From NCBI GenBank assembly GCA_001600695.1, contig BCKQ01000023.1, positions 38,354 to 102,353 of the forward strand: DNA of 64,000 nucleotides. The letters are read 5' to 3'. The notes beneath the pieces are model-generated. The model was not told where the DNA came from. It did no database searches and was given only the letters and a program-made list of their open reading frames with translations. This document shows positions 22,101 through 31,802 of the stretch, piece after piece (within the stretch, counting starts at the first letter, position 1; each line of letters starts with the position of its first letter). Made by a program: the position numbers and the translations under genes. This DNA is from Ascoidea asiatica JCM 7603. Its lineage: Eukaryota > Fungi > Ascomycota.

Positions 22101-22267
22101 TTTGAAGCTGATTTTGAAGCTGATTTTGAAGCTGATTTTGAAGCTGATTTTGAAGCTGATTTCGAAGCTGATTTTGAAGCTGATTTCGAAGTTGAATCAG
22201 ATGCTGAATTGCAAACAGATATTATAAAAAATATTAGTAAAAAAGACAAGGATTTAGTGATAATCAT
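19112..22267 (-). CDS. Secreted protein with two tandem pepsin/yapsin-like domains, catalytic motifs degenerate
   Basis: Signal peptide, (SASK)n and poly-Ser linker. A1-family landmarks occur twice: LLFGAIDQS / IIFGGIDHDKYEG, ITLGYSFLKYLYVSVDYE / VLGYNILKYIYLVYDFDN and GYPKQEV. No DTG/DSG motif is present. Confidence 0.8.
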   Translation of the reverse strand: MIITKSLSFLLIFFIISVCNSASDSTSKSASKSASKSASKSASKSASKSASKSASKSASHSSSSSSSSSSSNSSSSSNSTVLIVETTETSNTNGYFLLNYYLESETFLTIINGIILALDFQESTINLQSPLIPGFGDTIFNPNISLELENITALESFGNSTDYGTYLPANLSNIVKSDDLCLGSSCSSIGVLMINDTMTFNNFFYEVIEDDQEYYIGNRVETLNNVPFCSIYYSTCGPGSFGLLGFDKSTSNSSLGFNYNTTTIYDALINNNTINKKILSFNLRNNTVNECPLLFGAIDQSMFNDTSLTTVPLISNDSVSITLNQIYFSEKNVTSTTASNTTISNVNQTNLLPQLYSVSFNVLGGEYSSTSSYFPSAVFSAITDWVNSEFTLTKFSSVSKAQKYFNTLNFNFNFTGYILSIPATELYTLEFYNITDALYYLSPLSFIENSIGTEITLGYSFLKYLYVSVDYEDQTVSLARSTYDYDSDDFLAGETSDIEDEDEDDENSVQNILTANKDGIIMSGTKTMTTKAPNYSDSYFYYSSSFTITHLSDNYLVNSTTTNSLNQTTTMTTTESFYLEVVTSTFTRENELNSFLSSIEAVQTENPTALPTIDYQNLYKNPNELNDLFQNNNTLKTSTSTSNKVELDTNTTSSLNSTNYIKIPYFVKNSTFDYPGYHINFTVGYPKQEVEMSLNTEFADSILSSRFNQTSKVFDVFYNFENSKSGFGNLTNAGTNYSYYTSSYKTDDFMSFGNDFIINDLSFVYCDNYPTFQTNILGLNPLLSVASKINYKDVEYETFMDRLVNQNLINGKFFSIYDYSENGDAFNGTIIFGGIDHDKYEGTLKTIPFEIKELSDSRYRKGIFEGLFINITNIDFIHAYQDANENFFNISINLLNEDEVSSNDLSVNLDLGFNNHELILPEFIYDKFLINYLFAEDIQGGETLESLSASDTISIECGLAYINDYFKFTFDNDVEILVPFKDYLETVIEHAPMNCLYKNQILKSESNDQMVLGYNILKYIYLVYDFDNKNIMMAQLKSSLVTSSFESLIIT
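22091..22190. repeat. 12-bp tandem repeat (about 8 copies) encoding SASK on the minus strand
   Basis: Repeated (t/c)gaagctgattt, adjacent to a gagctt/gagcta/gaacta hexamer run encoding poly-Ser. Confidence 0.9.
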
Positions 22268-23164
22268 TATTCTGTGAATGTGAAGGTGCCTGAATATATA
22301 TTGTACAGCATGTGTGGTTGAAGATAGAAACTAAAACATCAACAGAATAGCAGACTTATATCTTGAATATGATCGAGTCTGTGGTGCCAGATTCCAGAAT
22401 CCCAATTCCCAATTCATTTGCTATTCCACTGCAATTCCTTTTCAATTCCTTTTCAATTCCCAGTGCTTAGCATTGTTCTCCATAGTCTCTGACCATGTCT
22501 CTGAGCTCCTGTTGTTTTTTCCATTGCATTTCTTCCAAAAAAGGTGTTTTCTCTCTCTGCTTTTCAGTGTCTGGGTTTGGTTTCTCTGCTTTTGCACTGC
22601 GCTGCGTGCTACTTCCCAGGCCTGCTGCGTGGTATTTCGGCCCTCTCCGCCTGCGCGCCCGCTGATTGGCTACCGGTCTTCTGGCCCCAAATCCCGTGAA
22701 TTAGGTCTCTTCACTCAGCTCCAATTCAGCCACTTTCACTTATTTTCAGTCTGCCAAAGTTCTATTTGGACATTTATTCACAATGCTTTCATGCAAAAAT
22801 GATATATTCTTGATAATATTCATCATCATATCTCATTGACTTAATCAAAATCTCAATTACCATCAAAGTATTACAAAAAGTTATGATAATATTAGTGTTT
22901 TTTTAAGTAAATGTCTCAAGTTTTTAGTAGAGATTCTAATTCTATAAGCTTTGGAATTGATTTTAGTTCAAGCATTGGCTTTGGTATTTTTTTATGGAAA
23001 TTTTTATAAACAAGCTTTGAAAACTTTCTTAAATTTTTAGACTACAAAAATAGTTTTGTTTTTAATGATCCAGATATTTATTATTAACTCTGAATTTCAT
23101 ATTTTCAAAAACTTGGTTTTATTTGAAATATAATTTATATAAGAAATCCTATTCTTAATTGAAC

Positions 23165-23273
23165 AAAATAAATATAATTATAAATATAATTATAATCATA
23201 TAATCATATAATAATATAATCATATATAATCAATCATATAATAATATAATCATATATAATCAATCATATAATA
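23165..23273. repeat. AT-rich imperfect tandem repeat in the 5' leader of the 23290 gene
   Basis: Repeated atcatatataat(aatata/c) units. Confidence 0.7.
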
Positions 23274-23289
23274 AAAGTGGTTTGAAAAA

Positions 23290-25029
23290 ATGTATTTGTT
23301 TTATTCAATTTTATCAATATTATTATTTTTGAATCCATTTTCAATATATTCATTAAATCTTACAAATTCTTCAAGTGAAATTTCAGATTATTATATTGAT
23401 TTAAATTTAAATTCAAATGAATATTTCTCATTGTTTAATTCATCTATTGGAACTCCATTTCAAAATATTACTTTTGCAATAAATTTACAATCTTCAAAAT
23501 CTTTTATAATTTCAACTCTTGATTCTGCATGTTCAAATTTTGATTATAAATTAGGTTCTTATTATCGTAGTTCATATTGTTATTATCCAAAATTTGATCA
23601 TTTTAATTCAACTTCATTTTCTCAAATTAAATATGATAATTTATTTACCGATCAATTTAGTTATATATTTCCATATGGTATTTATTCAAATGATAATTTA
23701 TGTTTCAATAATGATCAAAATTTAATTATAAAAAACTTCACTTTTGGTTATATTTTTTTTCATAATGATGATACAATATATGGTGCAAGTCAATTAGGTT
23801 TATATTATGATAATTCAAATAATTTAACTGCAGAAATTGATAATAAAGATATGAATATTTGGGATAATTTAATAGATAATAATTATATAAAAAGAAGAAT
23901 ATTATCAATAAATTATGAAAATTCATCAAATTCAAAAATTTTATTAGGTGCTTATGATAAATCAAAAATTTCTTCAAATAATTTATCAACTTTACCAATG
24001 GTTAATAATTCTTTAGCTTTTACATTATCTGATTTATTATTAGATGTTAAATCTTCTTTAAATTCTTCAAATTCTTCAAATTTTTCATTAATCAAAAGTC
24101 TTTTTATTGATGAAAATGAAAGATATCCAGTTTTACCAAATATACTTCAATCATATTCAGATATTTTACTTCAGTTACCAGAATCATTATATAAAAGATT
24201 TGTTTCAACTACAATATATTGTGATAATTTAACTTCAATATCAAATAGTTCATTATTAAATTGTTATGAATCTTTTATTGAATATCATGATTTAACATTA
24301 AATTTTCAAGGTTTTGAAATTATTATACCATTCTTAGATTTTTTTTCAATAAGTAATGATTCAACATTATCAACAGTTAGTATTGGTAGTAGTACTGGTA
24401 TAAATGGTAATTATCTTTATTCATTACAATCTTCAATTCAACAATCTCCTGATAATAATGTTTATTTAGGTGGTCAATTTTTAGATTATATTTATTTAGT
24501 ATATGATTTTGATTTTAGAACAGTTAATATTGGATTACAAAGTAATAGTTCATTATCAGGATCAAATTCAACAAACTCAAACTCAAACTCAAAAACAAAA
24601 ACAAAAACAAAAACAGCAAGTTCAAATATTCAAGTTATTACAGATTCAAGTGTAACTTTATTACCAGATGCAACAAAAGTTTCAAACTATTCAATTTCAT
24701 TTTTTTCTCTAGAAACTACAATCACCCAAATTTCAAAAAATTATACAGGAACTACAACTACCACAAATTCAAATAATAGTGTAATAACTACAGTTTTCAC
24801 AACATCAAGATATAAGGATATTATAAGTGAAACATTCTTAAATAGTTCTGCTCTTGAAAGTTTCACGAACAAATACTATTCTAGTATTGAAATCAATAGT
24901 TCTAACCTTTCGAGTGAAAAGGTTATCGTGAATATTCTAAAACGATCTGAAGCTTCTAGTATTTCGAGTTGTATGAAAACTTCAATGATAATATTTATGG
25001 TTTTATTTGGCTTCCTTATTTTAACATAA
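23290..25029 (+). CDS. Putative GPI-anchored yapsin-like protein, catalytically inactive
   Basis: Signal peptide, IGTPFQNITFAINLQSS (no DTG), ILLGAYDKSK, YLGGQFLDYIYLVYDFD, a Ser/Thr-rich stalk, KR then SEASS, and a hydrophobic C-terminal tail. Confidence 0.8.
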   Translation: MYLFYSILSILLFLNPFSIYSLNLTNSSSEISDYYIDLNLNSNEYFSLFNSSIGTPFQNITFAINLQSSKSFIISTLDSACSNFDYKLGSYYRSSYCYYPKFDHFNSTSFSQIKYDNLFTDQFSYIFPYGIYSNDNLCFNNDQNLIIKNFTFGYIFFHNDDTIYGASQLGLYYDNSNNLTAEIDNKDMNIWDNLIDNNYIKRRILSINYENSSNSKILLGAYDKSKISSNNLSTLPMVNNSLAFTLSDLLLDVKSSLNSSNSSNFSLIKSLFIDENERYPVLPNILQSYSDILLQLPESLYKRFVSTTIYCDNLTSISNSSLLNCYESFIEYHDLTLNFQGFEIIIPFLDFFSISNDSTLSTVSIGSSTGINGNYLYSLQSSIQQSPDNNVYLGGQFLDYIYLVYDFDFRTVNIGLQSNSSLSGSNSTNSNSNSKTKTKTKTASSNIQVITDSSVTLLPDATKVSNYSISFFSLETTITQISKNYTGTTTTTNSNNSVITTVFTTSRYKDIISETFLNSSALESFTNKYYSSIEINSSNLSSEKVIVNILKRSEASSISSCMKTSMIIFMVLFGFLILT

Positions 25030-26210
25030 TAATATATAATAAACAATTATCTATTTAGACACTTAATAAAAAAGCCCAAGGGCACATAATAATATAAATA
25101 TTTAAATTATTAATTTTTTCTTCTTGAGACCAAAACTATGGGTTTTTTCTTAACGGAAACAATTATTTCCGTGCTCTTCCAATTTTCCATGACATCTGGA
25201 ATTTAAAAAAATTAAAATTTATTTATCCTGAGTCTGGATATATCGGACAAGGATATTTCCAGTTTTTTCATAATTCCAAAAAAGACCCATGTTTGTGGTC
25301 TTCACCCGGTCACGTTTGACTCCCCTCCCCCAGACTCTTTTTTCTCTGCTCGCCTCAGAACTTTTTTGCTCTGGGCGAAATCTCAGCTTTTTTTGTTTAG
25401 CGAATTTAAAGACAGAATAACCGAGTTCCGGGAGCACTGTCTGCCTGTTTGGGCTTGCTGGGTCTGGTGTTTCAGCCCTCTTTTTCCGGTTGTTGCACTG
25501 GCGTACACTCCCAACACACCGGTGGCTGTCGAGTTGCCTTACTTAACTCGCTGCTTGTCTTTGTGCTTGTTCGGATCTCACTCACTCGGCCCTCGGTACT
25601 CGTGGCTAGTTACCAAGAAATTGAAATATAAAACTTCTTTTGTTTATCATAAAAATACAATGCTGTAATTATTTCATTTACAAACTTTTAGGTAAACTTT
25701 TCAGCAAATTTCATTGATTATTATGAACAACTATTAATATTTTTCAAATGATTGGGGCAAATTGGTCAATTCAAAGCCATGTTAACTCTGGATTTCGAGT
25801 AAATTGGAATAAATATTCTTCAATTTGAATCAATTTTTAAACAAATTTCAGTCCAATGATATTTTTAACTACCAGATATTCAATTTCAAATATTTTACTA
25901 CTACTAATAATATTATGTATACACTATTACACTACAACATTTCAAAATTCTAATTAACTTATTATTCATCTTATTATTTGACTTTATTATTATTGTGATT
26001 ATCAATGATATTCAAATTTGTATTTAAACTATTATTCTTCTTTCATTTAACTAATCTTTGAATATGTCTTTTTTTTGTTTTTTTTTTTTTTTGTTTGTTT
26101 GTTTGTCAAAAACATATTTAAATTATTATTAGATTTAGTTTATTAATTAATTATTTATTTTACTTTATATACATATATTCTTATTCTTATTCTTATTGTT
26201 CAATTAAAAA

Positions 26211-27365
26211 ATGGGTTGTTGTAATGGAAAAGTTGTAGTTTTAGGTGCTGGAATCATTGGTTTAGCTACTGCCTTTGAATTATCTGAAAAAGGTTATGAC
26301 ATAGTTTTAATTGCAAAAGATTTACCAAATGATTGTAAACAATCTTCAACTTATACATCTTTATGGGCTGGAGCTCATTTTAGACCATATCCTTCATTAA
26401 ATGATTCTGATATAAAAGAAATGAAATTAAATAGAATTACTTTTGAAAAATTAAAAAAATTATATGAAAGATTTGGTAATGAAACTTCAATTCAATTTTT
26501 AAAAGGTATTGATTATTTAGAAAATGATAATAAATTAGGTTATAATCAAGTATTTCAATCAATTAAAAATATTGGTTATTCAAATGAAACTTTAAATAAT
26601 TTTAAAGTTTTAGAAAAAAATCAATTACCACATTCAAATTTACAATTTGGTTGTGAATATGATAGTTGGGTTGTTAATGCTCCATATTTTTTAAAATTTT
26701 TATTTAATTATCTTAAAATTCATCATAGAATTGAAGTTATTGAACAAGATTTAATTTCAATTGATCAAGTTTTTCAATATTTTAAATTTCATAGATCTGA
26801 AGAATATTTTAAAACTTTTAAAGGTATTATTAATGCAACTGGTAGAGGACTTCAAATGAATGGTGGTTATGATCCTGAAATATTTTATGTTAGAGGTCAA
26901 ACTTTATTAGTTAATAAACCAAAATCTTTAAAATTTGAAAGTCATTTAATTCCATATCATAATAATACTGTTACAATTCAAGAAAATGATGGTTCTTGGT
27001 CTTTTATTTTAAAATCTCCAAATAATGGTAATCAATATATTATTGGTGGTACAAAACAACTTAATGATTTAAATTTTACTGCAAGTAAAGTTGATACAGA
27101 AAATTTAATTTTAAAAGGTAAAAAATATTTTAAAGAATTATTAAATTGTCAAGGTGAATTTGATATTGAAAAAGTTAATGTTGGTTTTAGACCTTTTAGA
27201 AGAGGTGGTTTTAAATTAACTAAATTAATTATTCCTGAATATAATGATAAATTTTTAATTGATGCTTATGGAGCTGGTGGTCAAGGTTATGAATTATCTT
27301 TTGGTGTCGCAGAAAAAGTTACTGAATTAGTTGGTGATAAATATTTATTCACTCCAAAATTATAA
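26211..27365 (+). CDS. D-amino acid oxidase family flavoprotein (DAO/DDO)
   Basis: VVVLGAGIIGL (FAD binding), YTSLWAGAH, INATG, RGQT, VGFRPFR and YGAGGQGYELSFG motifs. The C-terminal PKL is PTS1-like. Confidence 0.92.
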   Translation: MGCCNGKVVVLGAGIIGLATAFELSEKGYDIVLIAKDLPNDCKQSSTYTSLWAGAHFRPYPSLNDSDIKEMKLNRITFEKLKKLYERFGNETSIQFLKGIDYLENDNKLGYNQVFQSIKNIGYSNETLNNFKVLEKNQLPHSNLQFGCEYDSWVVNAPYFLKFLFNYLKIHHRIEVIEQDLISIDQVFQYFKFHRSEEYFKTFKGIINATGRGLQMNGGYDPEIFYVRGQTLLVNKPKSLKFESHLIPYHNNTVTIQENDGSWSFILKSPNNGNQYIIGGTKQLNDLNFTASKVDTENLILKGKKYFKELLNCQGEFDIEKVNVGFRPFRRGGFKLTKLIIPEYNDKFLIDAYGAGGQGYELSFGVAEKVTELVGDKYLFTPKL

Positions 27366-27830
27366 GTTTTTAACTTCAAATTTATTCTAATGATTATTAA
27401 ATCTTTGAATGACATATATCATTTTTTCATCTGCAGTTATAATAAAGTTATAAAAGTATATTTATAGTAACCTGATTTTTTTATATATATTTCTTTCTCA
27501 TTCTTCTATAATACATTTTATTTGAAAGAATTACTTATATAATTATAAATCTTAATCTCTTTCACAAAAGTAAATCAAACTTCAAGCATTCTCTATTTCT
27601 TTTCATTGATCATAACTGAAATCAATCAATCTGCAGTAGCATTTTAAGCATTCTTTATCCTATGATTACTCTAGAAATATATCTGGGTATACATTTCATG
27701 TCAATTGAATGAGAATTCGAAGAAGCATTTTAACTTTTTTTCAATTTCAAGGGCAAAGCATAAAAGGTTGAATTATTCAAAGAAGCTCAACAATTTGTTG
27801 TTATTTGCATAACATATTGAAAGTATTTTT

Positions 27831-27904
27831 GGTCCCTTGGCCCAGTTGGTTAAGGCATCGTGCTAATAACGCGGGGATCAGCAGTTCGATCCTGCTAGGG
27901 ACCA
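27831..27904 (+). tRNA. tRNA-Ile (AAT)
   Basis: GGTCCCT...AGGGACCA acceptor stem, anticodon loop CTAATAA and T loop TTCGATC, followed by T-runs. Very close to the yeast Ile-AAU sequence. Confidence 0.97.
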
Positions 27905-28087
27905 TTTTCTTTTTTTTTTATATTATTTTTATTATTTTTATTATTTTGATTAGCTTTTTTCTGCTTTGAAGTTTTTTTTTTGTATTCATTTATATCTATT
28001 CTTTATATATATTTCTGTTCAATTGCCTTCTATTTTATATAACTGAAAGCATTATATACAATCGAAATTTAACTGATCAATAGTTCA

Positions 28088-29650
28088 TTACTTACTTTTT
28101 TCTTTCTTCTCTTTCTTATCTTTCTTATCCTTTTTATCCTTTTTATGAGCTTTCTTAGATTTCTTAGCTTTCTTTTGGTTAGACTCTTCAATAACTTCAG
28201 TGGGTGTTTCTACCACATTATTGATATCATCAGTCTTATTTTCTGTGGTTTCTATTTCTTCTGTTTCTACTTTTCTTTTTTTCATAGATGTATTGACTAA
28301 CTCACTATCTTCTTTATCGTCTTTAACCTTCTTATGTTTCTTATCTTTTTTATGTTTCTTGTCTTTCTTAGCTTTTTTATCTTTCTTTGTATCTTTAGTG
28401 TCTTCGCTATCTTTAGTATCTTTAATCTCTTTAAGGTCTGTTATTTCTGTTTCATTTGTATCATCATTTAAATTATTTAGTTTTTCAATATCAAGATTAT
28501 TATCATTATCATCTTCATGTTTAGATATATCACTTTCATTTAAGTTCATTGGATTATCCCTAAGATAGTCAGTAATTTCAACTTCTTCAATTACAAGATT
28601 ATTTAATTCATTTTCATTCGATACTTCTTTTATAAAATCATCTTCAATTTTTAATTCTTCTTTCTTTTGATTTTCCTTTTCATAAATCTTTTCATCTTCT
28701 TTAACTATACTTTCTTTTCCACTGTCTTCTAAAGTATCCTTCATCTCAACATCTTTATCTTTATCTTTAACATTATCATGATTTTTATCTTGACCTTTAT
28801 GTTTAACTTGATCCTGATCTTGATCTTGATTATTATTGGAAATATCTTTTATATCATCTAAACCTTTGATTATAAATGTTTTATCTGGACTTATATTTTC
28901 TAATAATTCTTTTGCTTTCATAATTTGATCATAAGTTACAGTTTCTTCTTGATTTTGATTATTTTTTTTTATATTTTTTTTAACTTTTGAAATTTTTATT
29001 TCACTTTTATTATCATCATCTATATTCTTATCTACATTCTTATCTTCTTCTTTTCGTTCATCTTTTTCTTTATCATCAATTGATTGATCAGATTTAGATT
29101 GCTCATTTAATTGAATCGAATCATAAAGTTTATTCCAATTATTAATTTTATCTAATAAATCATTAATAACTCTAATTTTAGAACCACCATTTAAACCTTT
29201 TAAATAATTAATTAAATAAATTTTATAATTATTAAAATTAATTTCATTTTCAATTAATAAATTTCTAAGTAACCAATTTTGTTTACTTTTTGAAAATTTC
29301 CAAATGTTTTTATTATTTGTAAATAATTTAAGATATGTTAATTGATCTTTTTCAATATTTAATTTATTTTTAATTCTTTCAGCTTTTGGTAATTTAATTC
29401 TTTTTGGAGCTTTTTTACTAATTTTATTACTATTCAAATTTATTATACTAATGCTATTACTTTTATCATTTTTCTTGTTTTTCTTAACTTTTGAATTAGA
29501 ATTACTCTTATTATTTTTATCTTTATTATTGATTAGATTTTTTTTTGTATTTAATTGGAAAGCTATTGATAATGGATCTTGAGTTATATCTTGTTTAACT
29601 TTCAAACCTAATCTTTTCCAAGCAGGAACATGTTGTACTTCTTCAGTCAT
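28088..29650 (-). CDS. RBP95: WKF-domain (DUF2373) nucleolar protein, Rbp95/YCR016W-like, with KKD-rich tail
   Basis: N-terminal HVPAWKRLGLK, WKFSKSKQNWLL and YLKGLNGGSK motifs, with a Lys/Asp-rich repetitive C-terminus. Confidence 0.8.
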   Translation of the reverse strand: MTEEVQHVPAWKRLGLKVKQDITQDPLSIAFQLNTKKNLINNKDKNNKSNSNSKVKKNKKNDKSNSISIINLNSNKISKKAPKRIKLPKAERIKNKLNIEKDQLTYLKLFTNNKNIWKFSKSKQNWLLRNLLIENEINFNNYKIYLINYLKGLNGGSKIRVINDLLDKINNWNKLYDSIQLNEQSKSDQSIDDKEKDERKEEDKNVDKNIDDDNKSEIKISKVKKNIKKNNQNQEETVTYDQIMKAKELLENISPDKTFIIKGLDDIKDISNNNQDQDQDQVKHKGQDKNHDNVKDKDKDVEMKDTLEDSGKESIVKEDEKIYEKENQKKEELKIEDDFIKEVSNENELNNLVIEEVEITDYLRDNPMNLNESDISKHEDDNDNNLDIEKLNNLNDDTNETEITDLKEIKDTKDSEDTKDTKKDKKAKKDKKHKKDKKHKKVKDDKEDSELVNTSMKKRKVETEEIETTENKTDDINNVVETPTEVIEESNQKKAKKSKKAHKKDKKDKKDKKEKKEKSK

Positions 29651-29934
29651 ATTGGAATATATTTCTACTTTCTATAATACAAATTTTTTTGAATTAAATT
29701 TTCAAATATTTGTTTAAATACTTTTGTAAATTTAGTAATAATTTTACTGTAAGAGTTTGGAAATATTCTTCAAATGAAAATTTCCACTGAAACTTTTTTT
29801 TTTATTTTTTTTTAATTCCAAAGCTACGCCAGTTTTGTGGATCTTTTGATATAAATCACATGACAAGAAAGAAAAACACTAAATAATCATACTAACTAAT
29901 TTATATCTGTATTTTTCCACAAAATTCATCGAAA

Positions 29935-30006
29935 GCCGTTCTCGTATAGTGGTTAGTACACTTCGTTGTGGCCGAAGAAACCCAGGTTCGATTCCCGGGA
30001 ACGGCA
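29935..30006 (+). tRNA. tRNA-His (GTG)
   Basis: GCCGTTC/GAACGGC acceptor stem, anticodon arm TTCG-TTGTGGC-CGAA, T loop TTCGATT and a T7 terminator. G-1 is not encoded (A at 29934), as expected for Thg1-dependent addition. Confidence 0.97.
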
Positions 30007-30178
30007 TATTTTTTTACTCTTCTTTATATAAACGTATTTTGAAATATTTCAAATGGTGAATAAATTTCAAATCATAATAAACAAGAAATATTATTATAAA
30101 GAAGATGTATTGAAGAAGATTATGCTTAGGATAATGATTAAGATAATGATAATGATAATGATAATTGGGATATAGAGA

Positions 30179-31408
30179 ATGAATAGAATAATACCAGATA
30201 TTAGATTAAAGTTATCTAAGAATTTACAATCTACATTAAAATTAATTTGTTTTAATTGTGGATTGAATAAAACTGGAAATAAAAAAATTTTAGTTAATGA
30301 AATTTATAATGAATTAATTGAAAAACCATTAATTTTTAAAGAAAAATTTAATGAAAAAAAAAAAGAAGTTATAAAAATTATTTCAATTGATGTTGGTATT
30401 AAGAATTTTTCATATTGTAAAATGAATTTGAATTTGAATTTGAATTTGAATTTGAATTTGAATTTGAATATTAATATTAATAATAAAAATAATAGAAATT
30501 TAAATTTCAATTTTAATAAACCAGAAATTTTTGAATGGAATAAAATTGATTTAAATTCAATGAATGATTTAATAAATGATTCAAAGATTTATTTACCAAT
30601 AAATTTTTCAAAAATATCATATAAATTAATTAAATTATTAGATATAAATAAATTTGATATAATAATAATTGAAAGTCAAAGAAGTAGAAGTTCAAATTCA
30701 TTAAATGTTTTAGAATGGACATTAAGAGTTAATATGTTAGAACATATGTTATATTCAACAATTTTTACAATTAATTCAATTTTAAAAATTTCAAATAATT
30801 TAATTTTTAGTTCATCACCAAAAAAAATGTCAGATTATTGGATTAAAGATGATAAAGATAAAAAAATTAAGAAAATTAAAAAAAATATAAAATTTGAAAG
30901 AATAAAATTATTAAATTATTGGATAAATAATTTAATTTTAAAACCTGAATTAGTACCATTTAAATTTAATAAAATTTTAATGAATAAAATTAAAAATAAT
31001 TTATTAGATAAAGATATTAATAAGAATTTAAAAATGAATAAAAATAATTTATCAAAAAGATTATTTAAAATAATTTTAAATGGAAATGAAGAAATTGAAG
31101 ATAAATATGGTAATAAAGATATTAATAAAGATAGAAATAAAGGAGATGATTTAACAGATTCATTATTACATGGATTATCATGGATTAATTGGGAATATAA
31201 TAAAAGTTTATTAAAGCCATTTATTTTAAGATTATTAATGGAAAAACAAGATAATGAAATGAATAATGAAATGAATAATGAAGATGAAGAAGATAAATTA
31301 AAAGAGAAAGTAATAGAGAAAATAAAAGAGAAAGAATTAATTGAATTTTTGAATAAAATTGAATTGAATCATTCTAAATATTTAAATTTTAATGAAAATG
31401 AAAAATAA
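30179..31408 (+). CDS. CCE1: Mitochondrial Holliday junction resolvase Cce1/Ydc2
   Basis: SAP-like N-terminus (LKLICFNCGLNKTGNKKILV), ISIDVGIKNFSYC, IESQRSRS, LRVNMLEHML and KGDDLTDSLL motifs. Confidence 0.9.
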   Translation: MNRIIPDIRLKLSKNLQSTLKLICFNCGLNKTGNKKILVNEIYNELIEKPLIFKEKFNEKKKEVIKIISIDVGIKNFSYCKMNLNLNLNLNLNLNLNININNKNNRNLNFNFNKPEIFEWNKIDLNSMNDLINDSKIYLPINFSKISYKLIKLLDINKFDIIIIESQRSRSSNSLNVLEWTLRVNMLEHMLYSTIFTINSILKISNNLIFSSSPKKMSDYWIKDDKDKKIKKIKKNIKFERIKLLNYWINNLILKPELVPFKFNKILMNKIKNNLLDKDINKNLKMNKNNLSKRLFKIILNGNEEIEDKYGNKDINKDRNKGDDLTDSLLHGLSWINWEYNKSLLKPFILRLLMEKQDNEMNNEMNNEDEEDKLKEKVIEKIKEKELIEFLNKIELNHSKYLNFNENEK

Positions 31409-31802
31409 TTGTAAATAAATAATTAATTAATTAATTAATGTAATGTAGGATATGATATCTGTTATCTATAGATTAGATTAGATAATGATTGTAATGATAT
31501 TATTTTTTTAAAAGAGTCATAGAGCTTGTAAAGTATATAGAGTATATTATAATATATTCGGGGTTATGCAAGTTTCAGAGAAGTGAGAAAGATTCAAGAG
31601 TTTCAAGATATATATTGAAAGAATTTCCATATACATATAAATGTTATATTATATATATATATAAAGTATATTCAAGTTTATATCTTTATAATTCAAGTTA
31701 TCTCAATACAATATATCAGTCAATATATCAGTCAATATAAATATAAATATAAATATAAATACAATCATAAATAATTCAAAAAAGAGTAATACAGTATATA
31801 CA

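Noticed and set aside
21993-22277. 94-aa ORF with (EADF)n and (EL)n repeats
   Set aside because: Antisense shadow of the SASK/poly-Ser repeat of the 19112-22267 gene; TTG start.
28200-28568. Hydrophobic 122-aa ORF
   Set aside because: Antisense to the Lys/Asp-rich tail of the RBP95-like gene; its hydrophobicity is a strand-complement artefact.
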